The position numbers were made by a program, and so were the translations under genes. From the IMG/VR virus record IMGVR_UViG_3300037418_000929: a stretch of DNA of 64,000 nt. One strand, written 5' to 3'. Positions 8,063-16,196 of this stretch are shown piece by piece. The notes beneath the pieces were generated by a model. The model searched no databases and was not told the origin of the DNA. It saw nothing but the letters and a program-made list of their open reading frames with translations. This DNA comes from an uncultured virus (IMG/VR IMGVR_UViG_3300037418_000929). Lineage: Duplodnaviria > Heunggongvirae > Uroviricota > Caudoviricetes. Position 1 is the first letter of the stretch, and every line of letters starts with the position of its first letter.

Positions 8063-8304
8063 TGGTCGCCTCGGGCCTTGGCGAGGGCGTTGTCGATCAT
8101 GCCGTCGCGGAATTTCTCGCCGTGCCGCGCCGCCTCCGCTTCGAGAACGAGGCGTGCGTGAATTAGCGCCTCATAAAGCTCGGTCATTTCTGCGGCGGCT
8201 TCGCGCAGCTCGCCAACAACCATGCTATGCACAGCGTGGTCCGGCGCGCATTCGTGGACATGATTGGCAACCAGGCGGGCGAAGCGGGGGACGGGCGCGC
8301 TCAC
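8059..8304 (-). CDS. Hypothetical protein
   Basis: AAAEMTELYEAL...ALAKARG motif common in phage early proteins. Confidence 0.55.
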   Translation of the reverse strand: MSAPVPRFARLVANHVHECAPDHAVHSMVVGELREAAAEMTELYEALIHARLVLEAEAARHGEKFRDGMIDNALAKARGDQ

Positions 8305-8513
8305 AGCGCCCTCACGAGCTGCGCGGCGAAATAGACCAGTGCGAACAGCGCGACCGCGACACACGCGAAAGTCGATGGTCGCCGAATGGCCGAGACGCGA
8401 AGCAGGCTCGGGGCGCAAGCCCGACAAGCGCGGTGCTGCGAAGCAGCATTCGCCCTATCGAATATCCCCTCAAAATGCTCTCTAGGGATGGACTTGCTGA
8501 AGGGCGCGGTCAT
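8301..8513 (-). CDS. Small protein with C-terminal TM, containing element E
   Basis: GGAGGT RBS, MTAPFSKSIP...VAVALFALVYFAAQL. Confidence 0.55.
   Translation of the reverse strand: MTAPFSKSIPREHFEGIFDRANAASQHRACRACAPSLLRVSAIRRPSTFACVAVALFALVYFAAQLVRAL
8364..8456 (+). repeat. Structured multi-hairpin element, copy E
   Basis: CGCGAAAGTCGATGGTC GCC-GAAT-GGC CGAG AC GC-GAA-GC AGG CTCG GGGC-GCAA-GCCC GACAAGCGCGG TGCTGC-GAA-GCAGCA TTCGCCCT. Confidence 0.8.
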
Positions 8514-8655
8514 GCGGACACCTCCGCGATGCGCTTGCATCGTCTGCAGGTTACGAGGTCCAGCGCGAGAACGGCTTCGGCGTATGCGCCAATGCGCCCA
8601 CATGCGCTCGTGTCTGCACCCCAAGTGCGCTTCCAATGAAGAATCGTCGGGCGTG

Positions 8656-8856
8656 TCATGCGACCGACCGTTCGGCAGCATCGTTGACGAGCTGACAGAT
8701 GTGGCGGGCATTGGCTTCGCGCTGCTCAAGCGGGCCGAACTGCGACACAGACAGGATATGTTTGTCGTCGTCACCGTTGCGCGTGGCCCATATGGTGACG
8801 TTGCCCTGCTCCGTGACTTCGTAGTGCCACGGGGCTGGAGTGGGAGGCGTCCGCAT
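8656..8856 (-). CDS. Hypothetical protein (TPAPW...EANARHI type)
   Basis: PTPAPW and EANARHI motifs typical of phage early ORFs. Confidence 0.6.
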   Translation of the reverse strand: MRTPPTPAPWHYEVTEQGNVTIWATRNGDDDKHILSVSQFGPLEQREANARHICQLVNDAAERSVA

Positions 8857-9023
8857 TAACGCCCCCGAACCGGAACCGTGATTTCGCGAACGCGGAACGG
8901 CTCCATCCGATAGTGATTGCGGGAAGCTAGGAGCTCCTCGGCGCTCACGCGGCCTTCGCGGAGGTCTTCGAGTGTCGGATACTTAGTCATTTCGCTCCAT
9001 CTCCCCTCCTGGGTGTGGAGACA

Positions 9024-9068
9024 GTTGTGCCACCATTTCGGTGGGGCGTCAAGCCACCATTTTAGCGG
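9024..9068 (-). promoter_or_regulatory. PL with two 15-bp operators
   Basis: TTGACG (9052-9047)-17 bp-CACAAC; operators CCACCATTTCGGTGG (9030-9044) and CCACCATTTTAGCGG (9054-9068). Confidence 0.75.
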
Positions 9069-9121
9069 TCACGCAAAAATTTAATCCGGCGCTTTCCTAC
9101 AGGCGGGCGATTCGGGTATGA

Positions 9122-9194
9122 GAACAGAATGGCAACATTCCATTGCGTGCTGACATTAGCGCAAGTTAAGGAACGGGAAAGCTTCATTCCCGTT
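9122..9194 (+). promoter_or_regulatory. Imperfect alphaproteobacterial LexA box and sigma-EcfG-type promoter
   Basis: GAAC-N7-CAAC at 9122-9136; GGAAC-N16-CGTT at 9170-9194. Confidence 0.45.
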
Positions 9195-9248
9195 AAGCTG
9201 TTCGGTTGCTCGGTTACATGGGGTGGGGATGTCGAGGTGCACCAGCAA

Positions 9249-9527
9249 ATGGCGGCGCTGCGCAGTTATGCGGCGGAATACGGGAAGGCGGCGTGGCTAG
9301 AGCGCGCGGCGGCTAAGATTGCCGAGCGAGTCTGTGCGCTAGAAGATCAATTACGGGACGCACCACTTCAGGATCGCGCCGCGCTACAGGATGCCGTGCG
9401 AACGTCTCGGACAACGCTTGCATTACTAGAGAGAGGTCTGCGACAATCGCCGGTGACGGCTCGCCGCCTCGCAGCACAATCCGAGCAAGCTCCAGAGCAA
9501 TCTCGTCTCCGACTTCTGGAGTCATGA
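9249..9527 (+). CDS. Helical hypothetical protein antisense to the 3' half of cI (candidate antirepressor; alternative start 9129)
   Basis: GAGGTG RBS 9 nt upstream; open frame 9129-9527. Confidence 0.4.
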   Translation: MAALRSYAAEYGKAAWLERAAAKIAERVCALEDQLRDAPLQDRAALQDAVRTSRTTLALLERGLRQSPVTARRLAAQSEQAPEQSRLRLLES

Positions 9528-9750
9528 CGAACTGCTCGGTTTCGCCGGTAATCAGCTCGGACGGATCAACGCCAAGACCCTTGGCGATGCGCTCGACCCA
9601 TTCGATCGTGAGTCGCCGCTGACCCTTTTCCAGGCGTTCGATTTGCTGGCTTGATGTTGGCGGGGACATGCGCTGCCCGAGCTGCGTTCGGGACATTCCC
9701 TTGCCCTCGCGCACCCGCTGGATGTTCGCGCTGATTTGGTCCGCCAGCAT
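9313..9750 (-). CDS. cI: XRE-family HTH phage repressor, no S24 peptidase domain (start uncertain, 9750-9807)
   Basis: IQRVREGKGMSRTQLGQRM..TSSQQIERLEKGQRRLTIEWVERIAKGLGVDPSEL; divergent from cro. Confidence 0.85.
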   Translation of the reverse strand: MLADQISANIQRVREGKGMSRTQLGQRMSPPTSSQQIERLEKGQRRLTIEWVERIAKGLGVDPSELITGETEQFVMTPEVGDEIALELARIVLRGGEPSPAIVADLSLVMQALSETFARHPVARRDPEVVRPVIDLLAHRLARQS

Positions 9751-9800
9751 GACCGCCGAATGAAGGCAGTCGCGGTTTAGCGCCATACGCTTAATTGGTG

Positions 9801-9834
9801 TTGACATTAGCCTCTCACACCGCCAAAATGGTGG
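9801..9834 (+). promoter_or_regulatory. PR and operator OR
   Basis: TTGACA-17 bp-CAAAAT; CCGCCAAAATGGTGG (9820-9834) is the reverse complement of the OL consensus. Confidence 0.75.
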
Positions 9835-9838
9835 TGCG

Positions 9839-10033
9839 ATGAAGCTTTCCGAATACCTCGAACGCACGTCCACCTCACGCCACGAGTTCGCCAAAACCAT
9901 CGGCGTGAGTGGAGAGACGGTGCGCCGCTACATCGCTGGCACGCGCATCCCCGAGAAGGAGAAGATGGAGAAGATCGCGGAGGTCACCGGACTACAGGTC
10001 ACCGCCAACGACTTCTTTGGGATTGCAGCGTGA
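9839..10033 (+). CDS. cro: Cro-like HTH regulator
   Basis: MKLSEYL...FAKTIGVSGETVRRYIAGTRIP...VTANDF. Confidence 0.85.
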   Translation: MKLSEYLERTSTSRHEFAKTIGVSGETVRRYIAGTRIPEKEKMEKIAEVTGLQVTANDFFGIAA

Positions 10034-10390
10034 ACGAGATTCTAAGCGCGGTTGCCCCTATTTCCGCGCATGGGCGGGCTGCCCTCCTACGTGCCCCTGT
10101 GAGGACAACCCGCCCGCTCCCCACCACGCCGCCGGAACTAGAGTGACCGTGGCGGGGGAGCACATCATTGACCTGATCGCGATTGGGCTCGGCGGACTGC
10201 CGTTCCTCTATCTCATCTCGCGCGTCATCACGAAAACCATCTGGCCCGAGATGCGCCCGCAGCTTCCGCCGATTTCGATTTATGGGGAAATCGTGGAACT
10301 CCCGGCTGCCGCAAAGGCGGGGGGGGCGGCGCGAGGCAGCAGCCGGGGTCGCACTGACGATATCGCACATCGTGGAAAGGCCTCTACACG

Positions 10391-10711
10391 ATGACCGCGC
10401 CAACAATCCTTGGCAAACCGAAACGAACTGTAATCGGCGGGATTGGCCTCTCGCTGTCGCAGATCAAGATCGCGGAGCGGCTGACCATTGCCGAGATGGC
10501 AGAGGAGATTGGCCGCAGCGATGAGATGATGGCGCAATACCTTGCCGGTGAAGCCGAGATGGGCGTCACCGCCTGGCTCCGCGCCGTGGAAAAATGGCCG
10601 GACCTGCCCGCGCGTGTCGAGTTCAATCTGGACGAAGCGGAGAAGGCGTTCCGCGCTCGCCAGCGCTCGCTCAGCCTCCCGATGCCCGAACCGGAAACGA
10701 GGGCGGCATGA
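10391..10711 (+). CDS. HTH protein (CII position)
   Basis: LTIAEMAEEIGRSDEMMAQYLAGEAEM; located after cro. Confidence 0.6.
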   Translation: MTAPTILGKPKRTVIGGIGLSLSQIKIAERLTIAEMAEEIGRSDEMMAQYLAGEAEMGVTAWLRAVEKWPDLPARVEFNLDEAEKAFRARQRSLSLPMPEPETRAA

Positions 10712-10941
10712 AGCTCTGCAAGAACTGCGCGCACTACCGCCCTGGCTTTTACGTATATCCGGCGCATTGCGCCCGCCCGCTTACGGAAGAGATAGAGCCG
10801 GTCAACGGCGCGATTGCCAAGCGCCTGTGGAGCGAATGTAGCAAAGAACGCCGCCGTCATTGGCGTGGTTTTTTCCGCGTCGAAGCCGCCTGTGGACCGT
10901 TCGCGATCTTCTTTGAGCCCGCGAAAGGCAAGGGCAAATGA
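10708..10941 (+). CDS. Cys-rich hypothetical protein
   Basis: MKLCKNCAHY...C...C...CGP. Confidence 0.6.
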   Translation: MKLCKNCAHYRPGFYVYPAHCARPLTEEIEPVNGAIAKRLWSECSKERRRHWRGFFRVEAACGPFAIFFEPAKGKGK

Positions 10942-10972
10942 TCCGCGAACTTCAATCCCTCGAAGCAGACGA

Positions 10973-11743
10973 GTGAGCGCTGTGGGGGAGCAATCAGATA
11001 GGAAGTTCAAGGTGCTCTCGCTTTTCGCGGGCATCGGCGGGTTCGACCTCGGCTTGGAACGCACGGGCGGGTTCGAGACCGTCGCGTTCTGCGAGATCGA
11101 GCCTTTCGCGCAACGCGTCCTCCGCAAGCACTGGCCTGAGGTTCCGATATATGACGATGTTCGAGCGCTTACCGCCGACCGGCTCGGAGCGGACGGAATC
11201 GCAGTCGATTGCATCGTCGGCGGATTCCCCTGCCAGGACATTAGTGTCGCCGGCGCGGGGGCAGGATTGTCTGGAGAACGAAGCGGCCTGTGGTCTGAAT
11301 ATGCACGCCTCATTCGCGAGCTACGACCCCGCTTCGTTATCGTGGAAAACGTCTCAGCGCTGCTTTGTCGAGGGCTGGGCGACGTTCTCGGAGACTTGGC
11401 CGAGAGCGGGTATGACGCAGAGTGGGATTGCATTCCTGCTGCCGCCGTTGGTGCCCCTCACGTCCGTGATCGGGTTTGGATTGTTGCCTACCCTCGGAAA
11501 GAACGAACCGAAGGGCTCCAGCCACAAGCGCTATCGCGGCTCTCCGCATTTCCGTGGCGCGAAAATGTCCGAAGGGCTGCGGAGTGGGCCAGACGACCCA
11601 ATCTATCTGCGTCCGGACTTTGCCGAGGAAGTGATGGGATTCCCGATCGGGTGGACCGAACTGGAGCCCTTGGAAACGCCGTCCACACCGTAATCCCTGA
11701 ACTCATCGGTCATGCAATCCTCGAATCCGAGAGGGCGGCATGA
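10973..11743 (+). CDS. C5 cytosine DNA methyltransferase, large subunit
   Basis: SLFAGIGG (I), GFPCQD (IV), ENV (VI), HVRDRVWIVA (VIII), LGNAV (X); motif IX absent. Confidence 0.92.
   Translation: MSAVGEQSDRKFKVLSLFAGIGGFDLGLERTGGFETVAFCEIEPFAQRVLRKHWPEVPIYDDVRALTADRLGADGIAVDCIVGGFPCQDISVAGAGAGLSGERSGLWSEYARLIRELRPRFVIVENVSALLCRGLGDVLGDLAESGYDAEWDCIPAAAVGAPHVRDRVWIVAYPRKERTEGLQPQALSRLSAFPWRENVRRAAEWARRPNLSASGLCRGSDGIPDRVDRTGALGNAVHTVIPELIGHAILESERAA
11151..11693 (+). CDS. Nested out-of-frame ORF, putative small subunit of the C5 MTase carrying motif IX
   Basis: Ends LRPDFAEEVMGFPIGWT; arrangement as in M.EcoHK31I. Confidence 0.7.
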   Translation: MTMFERLPPTGSERTESQSIASSADSPARTLVSPARGQDCLENEAACGLNMHASFASYDPASLSWKTSQRCFVEGWATFSETWPRAGMTQSGIAFLLPPLVPLTSVIGFGLLPTLGKNEPKGSSHKRYRGSPHFRGAKMSEGLRSGPDDPIYLRPDFAEEVMGFPIGWTELEPLETPSTP

Positions 11744-12060
11744 GCGGCAAACCGCGCGTGAGCCGCAAGGGTCTTTACGTCAAAGGCCGCGCTTACGAAT
11801 ACGAGCTGCGGGACCAGTTCATCAAATACGGGCTGTCCTGTCGGCGTGTAGCGCAATCGGGCGGCGGCATCGAAAAGGACGATCTCGTGCTCATCACCGG
11901 ATGGGGCGAGGAATACCGTATTGAGGCTAAGCGCCGGGCGAAGCTCCCCGCGTATCTCGTGAACGACGGATGCCATGCGACTGTGTTCCGCCCGGATCGC
12001 GGGCAATCGATGGTCCTGATCCCGTTAGAGCGCTTCATCGAGCTGGTGCAGTGCAGATGA
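11740..12060 (+). CDS. Hjc-like PD-(D/E)XK Holliday junction resolvase
   Basis: KGRAYEYEL...RRVAQSG...DDLV...IEAKRR. Confidence 0.75.
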   Translation: MSGKPRVSRKGLYVKGRAYEYELRDQFIKYGLSCRRVAQSGGGIEKDDLVLITGWGEEYRIEAKRRAKLPAYLVNDGCHATVFRPDRGQSMVLIPLERFIELVQCR

Positions 12061-12797
12061 CCCGCGTCGAGCATATCGGGCGGGCTACGCTGTATCTCGG
12101 CGATTGCCTTGAGATCATGCCCTCACTTGGGCGCGTTTCGCATGTCATCTGCGACCCGCCCTATGAAGCGATCACTCACCGCGCGCTCGACGGAAGCAAC
12201 ACGGCTCGACGTAATGATGGGCGGCCCGCCTCTCCCGCTGTCGAGTTCGCGCCAGTCGACGGCATCCGTGGAGCAATAGTCAGCGCCGCCGAGGTCGCGT
12301 GCGAAGGTTGGTTCATCGCCTTCTGCACTCCCGAAGGCGTAGCAAAATGGGCCGACGAAATCAATGAATCTCGGCTGAAATACAAGCGCGCTTGCCACTG
12401 GATAAAGCCGGACTCCATGCCGCAATTGAACGGGCAAGGTCCGGCGCAGGGCGCGGAAAACTTCGTGTGTGCTTGGGCTGGTTCTGGACATTCAAGTTGG
12501 AACGCAGGCGGGAAGCGCGGTGTCTATACACACTGCGTAAATGGCCCAGAACGGCAGGGCGAGCATCCGACTGAGAAGCCACGTCGCCTGATGGCCGAAA
12601 TCATCGCCGACTTCACGCAGCGGGAACAGACAATCCTCGACCCGTTCATGGGATCGGGCACGACTGGAATTGCCGCCGTGCAGCTAGGGCGCAAGTTCAT
12701 CGGGATCGAGAAGGAGCCGCGCTGGTTCGATCTGGCCTGCAAACGCATTGAGGACGCTCAACGGCAGGGCGATTTCTTCGTGGATGCCGCAGCATGA
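12057..12797 (+). CDS. N6A/N4C DNA methyltransferase (beta class)
   Basis: GDCL, DPPY, HPTEKP, LDPFMGSGTT. Confidence 0.92.
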   Translation: MTRVEHIGRATLYLGDCLEIMPSLGRVSHVICDPPYEAITHRALDGSNTARRNDGRPASPAVEFAPVDGIRGAIVSAAEVACEGWFIAFCTPEGVAKWADEINESRLKYKRACHWIKPDSMPQLNGQGPAQGAENFVCAWAGSGHSSWNAGGKRGVYTHCVNGPERQGEHPTEKPRRLMAEIIADFTQREQTILDPFMGSGTTGIAAVQLGRKFIGIEKEPRWFDLACKRIEDAQRQGDFFVDAAA

Positions 12798-12985
12798 CCG
12801 CCCCAGACCAAGCATGGCCCCTTGAGAGACGCAAGACAGACATGCGCTCGGTGATTGCGAAAGCAGCAGCGGGAGGATGGCTGTCGTTCGTCCGGCCAGC
12901 GCTGGTCGCATCCACTTACGGAGTCCTGCTGGCCGAGGTCGAGGCGGAGATGATGAAGTTTCTTAGCGAAGGGTGCGACAAATGA
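12794..12985 (+). CDS. Hypothetical protein
   Basis: Coupled ORF. Confidence 0.5.
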   Translation: MTAPDQAWPLERRKTDMRSVIAKAAAGGWLSFVRPALVASTYGVLLAEVEAEMMKFLSEGCDK

Positions 12986-13335
12986 GCCTGACAGCCAAAG
13001 ACATCACGCCCGCGATCATGCTGGCATTTGGCCGGCGGGCGAGCGTCAAGCATATCCAGGAGGAGGTTGCGGCCTTCTACGGCATCCCCTCAGAATACAT
13101 GCGCATTCCGGATCGTGTCGGCTCGCGCGAGATGCGTATTGCGCGCCCGCGACAGGTGGCGATGTTCTTCGCGCAGAAGCTCACCGGACTGCCGCTGACC
13201 GAAATCGGACGGCGTTTCGGAGGGCGCGATCATAGCACAGTCATCCACGCAAAGAAAGCTGTTGAGCAGCGCGCCGCCGCCGATCCGTATGTCGAAATGG
13301 AGCTGGAAGTGCTGCGCGAGAGGCTGGCGGCATGA
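12982..13335 (+). CDS. Stand-alone DnaA C-terminal (domain IV) HTH protein
   Basis: IQEEVAAFYGI...IARPRQVAMF...LTEIGRRFGGRDHSTVIHA. Confidence 0.88.
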   Translation: MSLTAKDITPAIMLAFGRRASVKHIQEEVAAFYGIPSEYMRIPDRVGSREMRIARPRQVAMFFAQKLTGLPLTEIGRRFGGRDHSTVIHAKKAVEQRAAADPYVEMELEVLRERLAA

Positions 13336-13790
13336 GGTTTTCCGAAACCGAACCCAGCGGACAGCGCTGGAACGTCGAGGCGGTCAATCCGATATTCCCT
13401 GCCCCAGAGGATGCTACGGGCGTCGTCTATTTCATCGCGTGCAAAGAAACTGAGCGATGCAAGATCGGCTTCACGAAGGGCGACCCGCTGAAGCGCTTGC
13501 GCAACCTGCAAACCGGGGCTGCCGGCGAGCTTAGACTGTTGGCCGCGCAGCCAGGCAACCCAGCAATCGAGAAAGCTCTGCACGAACGCTTCGCCGCGCA
13601 TAGCGTGCACGGAGAATGGTTCGAAATGAGCGAAGAGCTGTTCGCCTACATGTGCGCGATAGTCTGGGTCATGTCGTGTCTTTACGCGAGCGCCAACCAA
13701 GAGCTTGAGCAGTGGATGAAGGTCGGCCTTCGGATGCTCAACGATGGTATGGCAGAAGTCCCTTCAGAGCTAATGGCGCTTACCGAGTGA
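13332..13790 (+). CDS. GIY-YIG family protein (T5orf172/MUG113-like)
   Basis: VYFI...KIGFT...RLRNLQTG...EKALHERF...GEWF. Confidence 0.85.
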   Translation: MRFSETEPSGQRWNVEAVNPIFPAPEDATGVVYFIACKETERCKIGFTKGDPLKRLRNLQTGAAGELRLLAAQPGNPAIEKALHERFAAHSVHGEWFEMSEELFAYMCAIVWVMSCLYASANQELEQWMKVGLRMLNDGMAEVPSELMALTE

Positions 13791-14416
13791 ACGCCGCGCT
13801 GCTCCAAAAGCTACTTGAGGCGGGAACGCCTGTTGCGCTGGTGGCGGAGGTCGCGGCAGAGCTTGCCCGCGCACAGGCGGCGCAAGAGATGATTGAACAC
13901 CGCCGCGCCAAGGATCGGGAGCGCAAGCGTTCTCCACGGAATTCCGAGGAATCCGCGGAAGGCGCGGAATTCCAGGAAAAAGGTTCCCTTGAGGTTTCTC
14001 CCCCTGCACCCCCTCTTCCTAAACCTTCCAAATCAGCCCCCCTTAATCCCCCCATTTTCGGGGAGTTCCCCGATTGGTGGCCGACAGAGACCTACGCCGA
14101 GTTCAGGGCGATGCGGAAGCGGATGCGCAACGTGCCGTTCGAGCCCGGTGCCGAGCGCCGCCTGGTCGCCAAGGTTACGAAGCTGAAGGCGGAAGGCCAC
14201 GACCCTGAAAAGCTGCTTTCGAAGGCAATCGAGAACGGGCACCGCACCGTGTTTCCCGACGAAACCACGAAGGCATCGGGTCCGAGCGGCAAGGTCCAGC
14301 TCACGGCGCAAGAGCTTCGAGAGCGCGCCGAATGGTTTGTTCGCCACGGGCAACAGGATCGCGCCGACGAATGCCGACAGAAGGCCATCAAGCTCGAACA
14401 GCGAACAGCGGCATAG
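13787..14416 (+). CDS. Putative replication initiator
   Basis: RRAKDRERKR, Pro-rich linker, FPDWWP..Y.EF..MRK C-terminal domain; internal GGAATTCC/CGGAA repeats at ~13935-13977 (candidate iterons). Confidence 0.6.
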   Translation: MNAALLQKLLEAGTPVALVAEVAAELARAQAAQEMIEHRRAKDRERKRSPRNSEESAEGAEFQEKGSLEVSPPAPPLPKPSKSAPLNPPIFGEFPDWWPTETYAEFRAMRKRMRNVPFEPGAERRLVAKVTKLKAEGHDPEKLLSKAIENGHRTVFPDETTKASGPSGKVQLTAQELRERAEWFVRHGQQDRADECRQKAIKLEQRTAA

Positions 14417-14429
14417 GGCGGGGGAATAG

Positions 14430-14939
14430 ATGTCAAAGCGCAAAGGCCGATTGCAGGAGATGATCGACCGGGAGCGGATCGAGGAAGATACCGCGCCCCT
14501 GGTCAACGAGTTCGCCTCACAGCACGGCGACTATGAGCGCAACCTGAGGTTCGTGCGCAATCGCGGGGGGACGACCATCGATCGCTGGATCGCCGCCAAG
14601 CAGCTCACGGAAAGCCAGTGCGCGGGAATCCTTCACTGCCAGCGGTTGTGGCACAAGATCGGCTCGCGCTCCGTGGTGGTGGATTTCAACCGTGTGAGGG
14701 GGTTGCCTCATGGGGACGGGTATTCGCAGCATGAGGCGTTGACCGAACTCGGGCGCATCGCATCGACATTCCCGCGCGAATACTGGTCAGTTTTCGAGGA
14801 CGTTTGCCGCTTCGATGAGCCAGCCGGAGTGGCGGGTTCGAGGATGGCGCGCAACAAGCGGTCCAGTCTCGACGCGGCTCGAACCATTGTGGCGTTCATT
14901 GCGGATATGATCGCTTGGCGTGAGCGGTTGTCGTATTGA
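14430..14939 (+). CDS. Putative late-gene regulator (Q position)
   Basis: Last delayed-early gene, ahead of a promoter and terminator preceding the late operon. Confidence 0.45.
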   Translation: MSKRKGRLQEMIDRERIEEDTAPLVNEFASQHGDYERNLRFVRNRGGTTIDRWIAAKQLTESQCAGILHCQRLWHKIGSRSVVVDFNRVRGLPHGDGYSQHEALTELGRIASTFPREYWSVFEDVCRFDEPAGVAGSRMARNKRSSLDAARTIVAFIADMIAWRERLSY

Positions 14940-15270
14940 GGAGGATGGTATGAAATGGCTTACGCACACTTCGGGCGGCGAGCTTGACGTTGCCAGAACG
15001 GCAACGATTGTCGTGTTCGTTATTTGGCTTGGCCTCGTCATCTGGAATGGCGGCGTCATCTAGCGGGCCAATAGGAGATGAGAGATGGATGATGAGGATG
15101 ATCTACGCGCGAAAATCACGAGGATTCTGAAGTCCTGGAGCTTCAACGACACGTTGGAAAGCGCAGAATGTGTCGCCGACGAAATTATGGGCTTGGTCAG
15201 CCAAGAGCGGGAGGACGACCGTCGCTCATGGGTGATAGACTACGAAACTCGCCAACAATGAGAGAGACAT

Positions 15271-15363
15271 GGAACGGAACGAGCGTTGAAAGCGTTTGTT
15301 CCAGCGTCAAGACGCGGACGCGGAAAAAACGTGCTTGACGTGCGCAGCGCAATGTGGCATGGG
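15271..15363 (+). promoter_or_regulatory. Late control region: EcfG-type promoter(s) and a sigma70-like -35
   Basis: GGAAC-N17-CGTT at 15271-15296; TTGACG at 15335-15340. Confidence 0.45.
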
Positions 15364-15418
15364 CTTAGTTAGTTGAATTGCGCCCAGCGCGGACCTACGA
15401 AACCTCTGCTCGTCACGC

Positions 15419-15454
15419 AGCCCTCGGCCTAACCCGCCGGGGGCTTCTTCGTTT
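15419..15454 (+). terminator. tR'-like intrinsic terminator
   Basis: AGCCCTCGGC/GCCGGGGGCT stem followed by TCTTCGTTT. Confidence 0.55.
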
Positions 15455-16196
15455 CCCCGCTCGGGAACTTCTACGCATTTCAGGTGCGCGAAAGTCGCCA
15501 ATGTCCCCGAACGGGAAAACAAGTTGGAGCCCGCCCGATGTTCCACGAGATGCTATTCGAAGCACTCACTAGAGCAGGGACATTGCAGAGGGCATTGGAG
15601 GATGCTGCGAGATTCGCCGAGCGCGAGAATCGCCTGGATGATCGCAACCTCTACCGCAACGTCCGCAACCAGATCACCGACGCTCTGGCGAACCGATGAT
15701 CTGGTGGAGGCCGACTTATCCAGCGGCCACATACAGACGATGGCACGAAGCGATTGAGTTCAGGATGCGCGGCAATCTGGGGAACGCGCTGGTTGACCGG
15801 CATTTCATTGTCGAGCGCTTTCCGGAGCCAACCAACGACAGGGATTCACTGAGATGGTGAGACCCGCATTCGATGGCCGCATATTCGACGGTCTCACGTT
15901 CGACATCGGCTCGACCAATATCCGCCCGACGATTGCGGGTTGGACGAAGCGTGTGAAGTCTCAATCAACCTGGGCACCGTATCTCACAAGGACGGCGAAA
16001 TAGCCTGACACCGCCCACCCTCACGGGAGCGGCAAACGGAGAGGCAAATGAGCAACGAAGAGCGCGCCTATCGCATTGTCCGCGCCGTGCGCGAGCTTAT
16101 GCGGAATGAGGGCGTTGATCCTAACTTGAACGATGTTGCCGCGTTTTATCATGCGCGCCCGGACATTCAGCGGCGGGTCGCGGCAGGATTAAAATA

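Noticed and set aside
663..8456. CRISPR array or classical terminators as an explanation of the hairpin elements
   Set aside because: Copies are dispersed, divergent, in both orientations, inside ORFs and mostly lack U-tracts; no cas genes
10973..13790. Restriction-modification system formed by the MTases and nucleases
   Set aside because: The nucleases look like an Hjc resolvase and a T5orf172-type GIY-YIG, standard in phage replication modules; the MTases are best read as orphans
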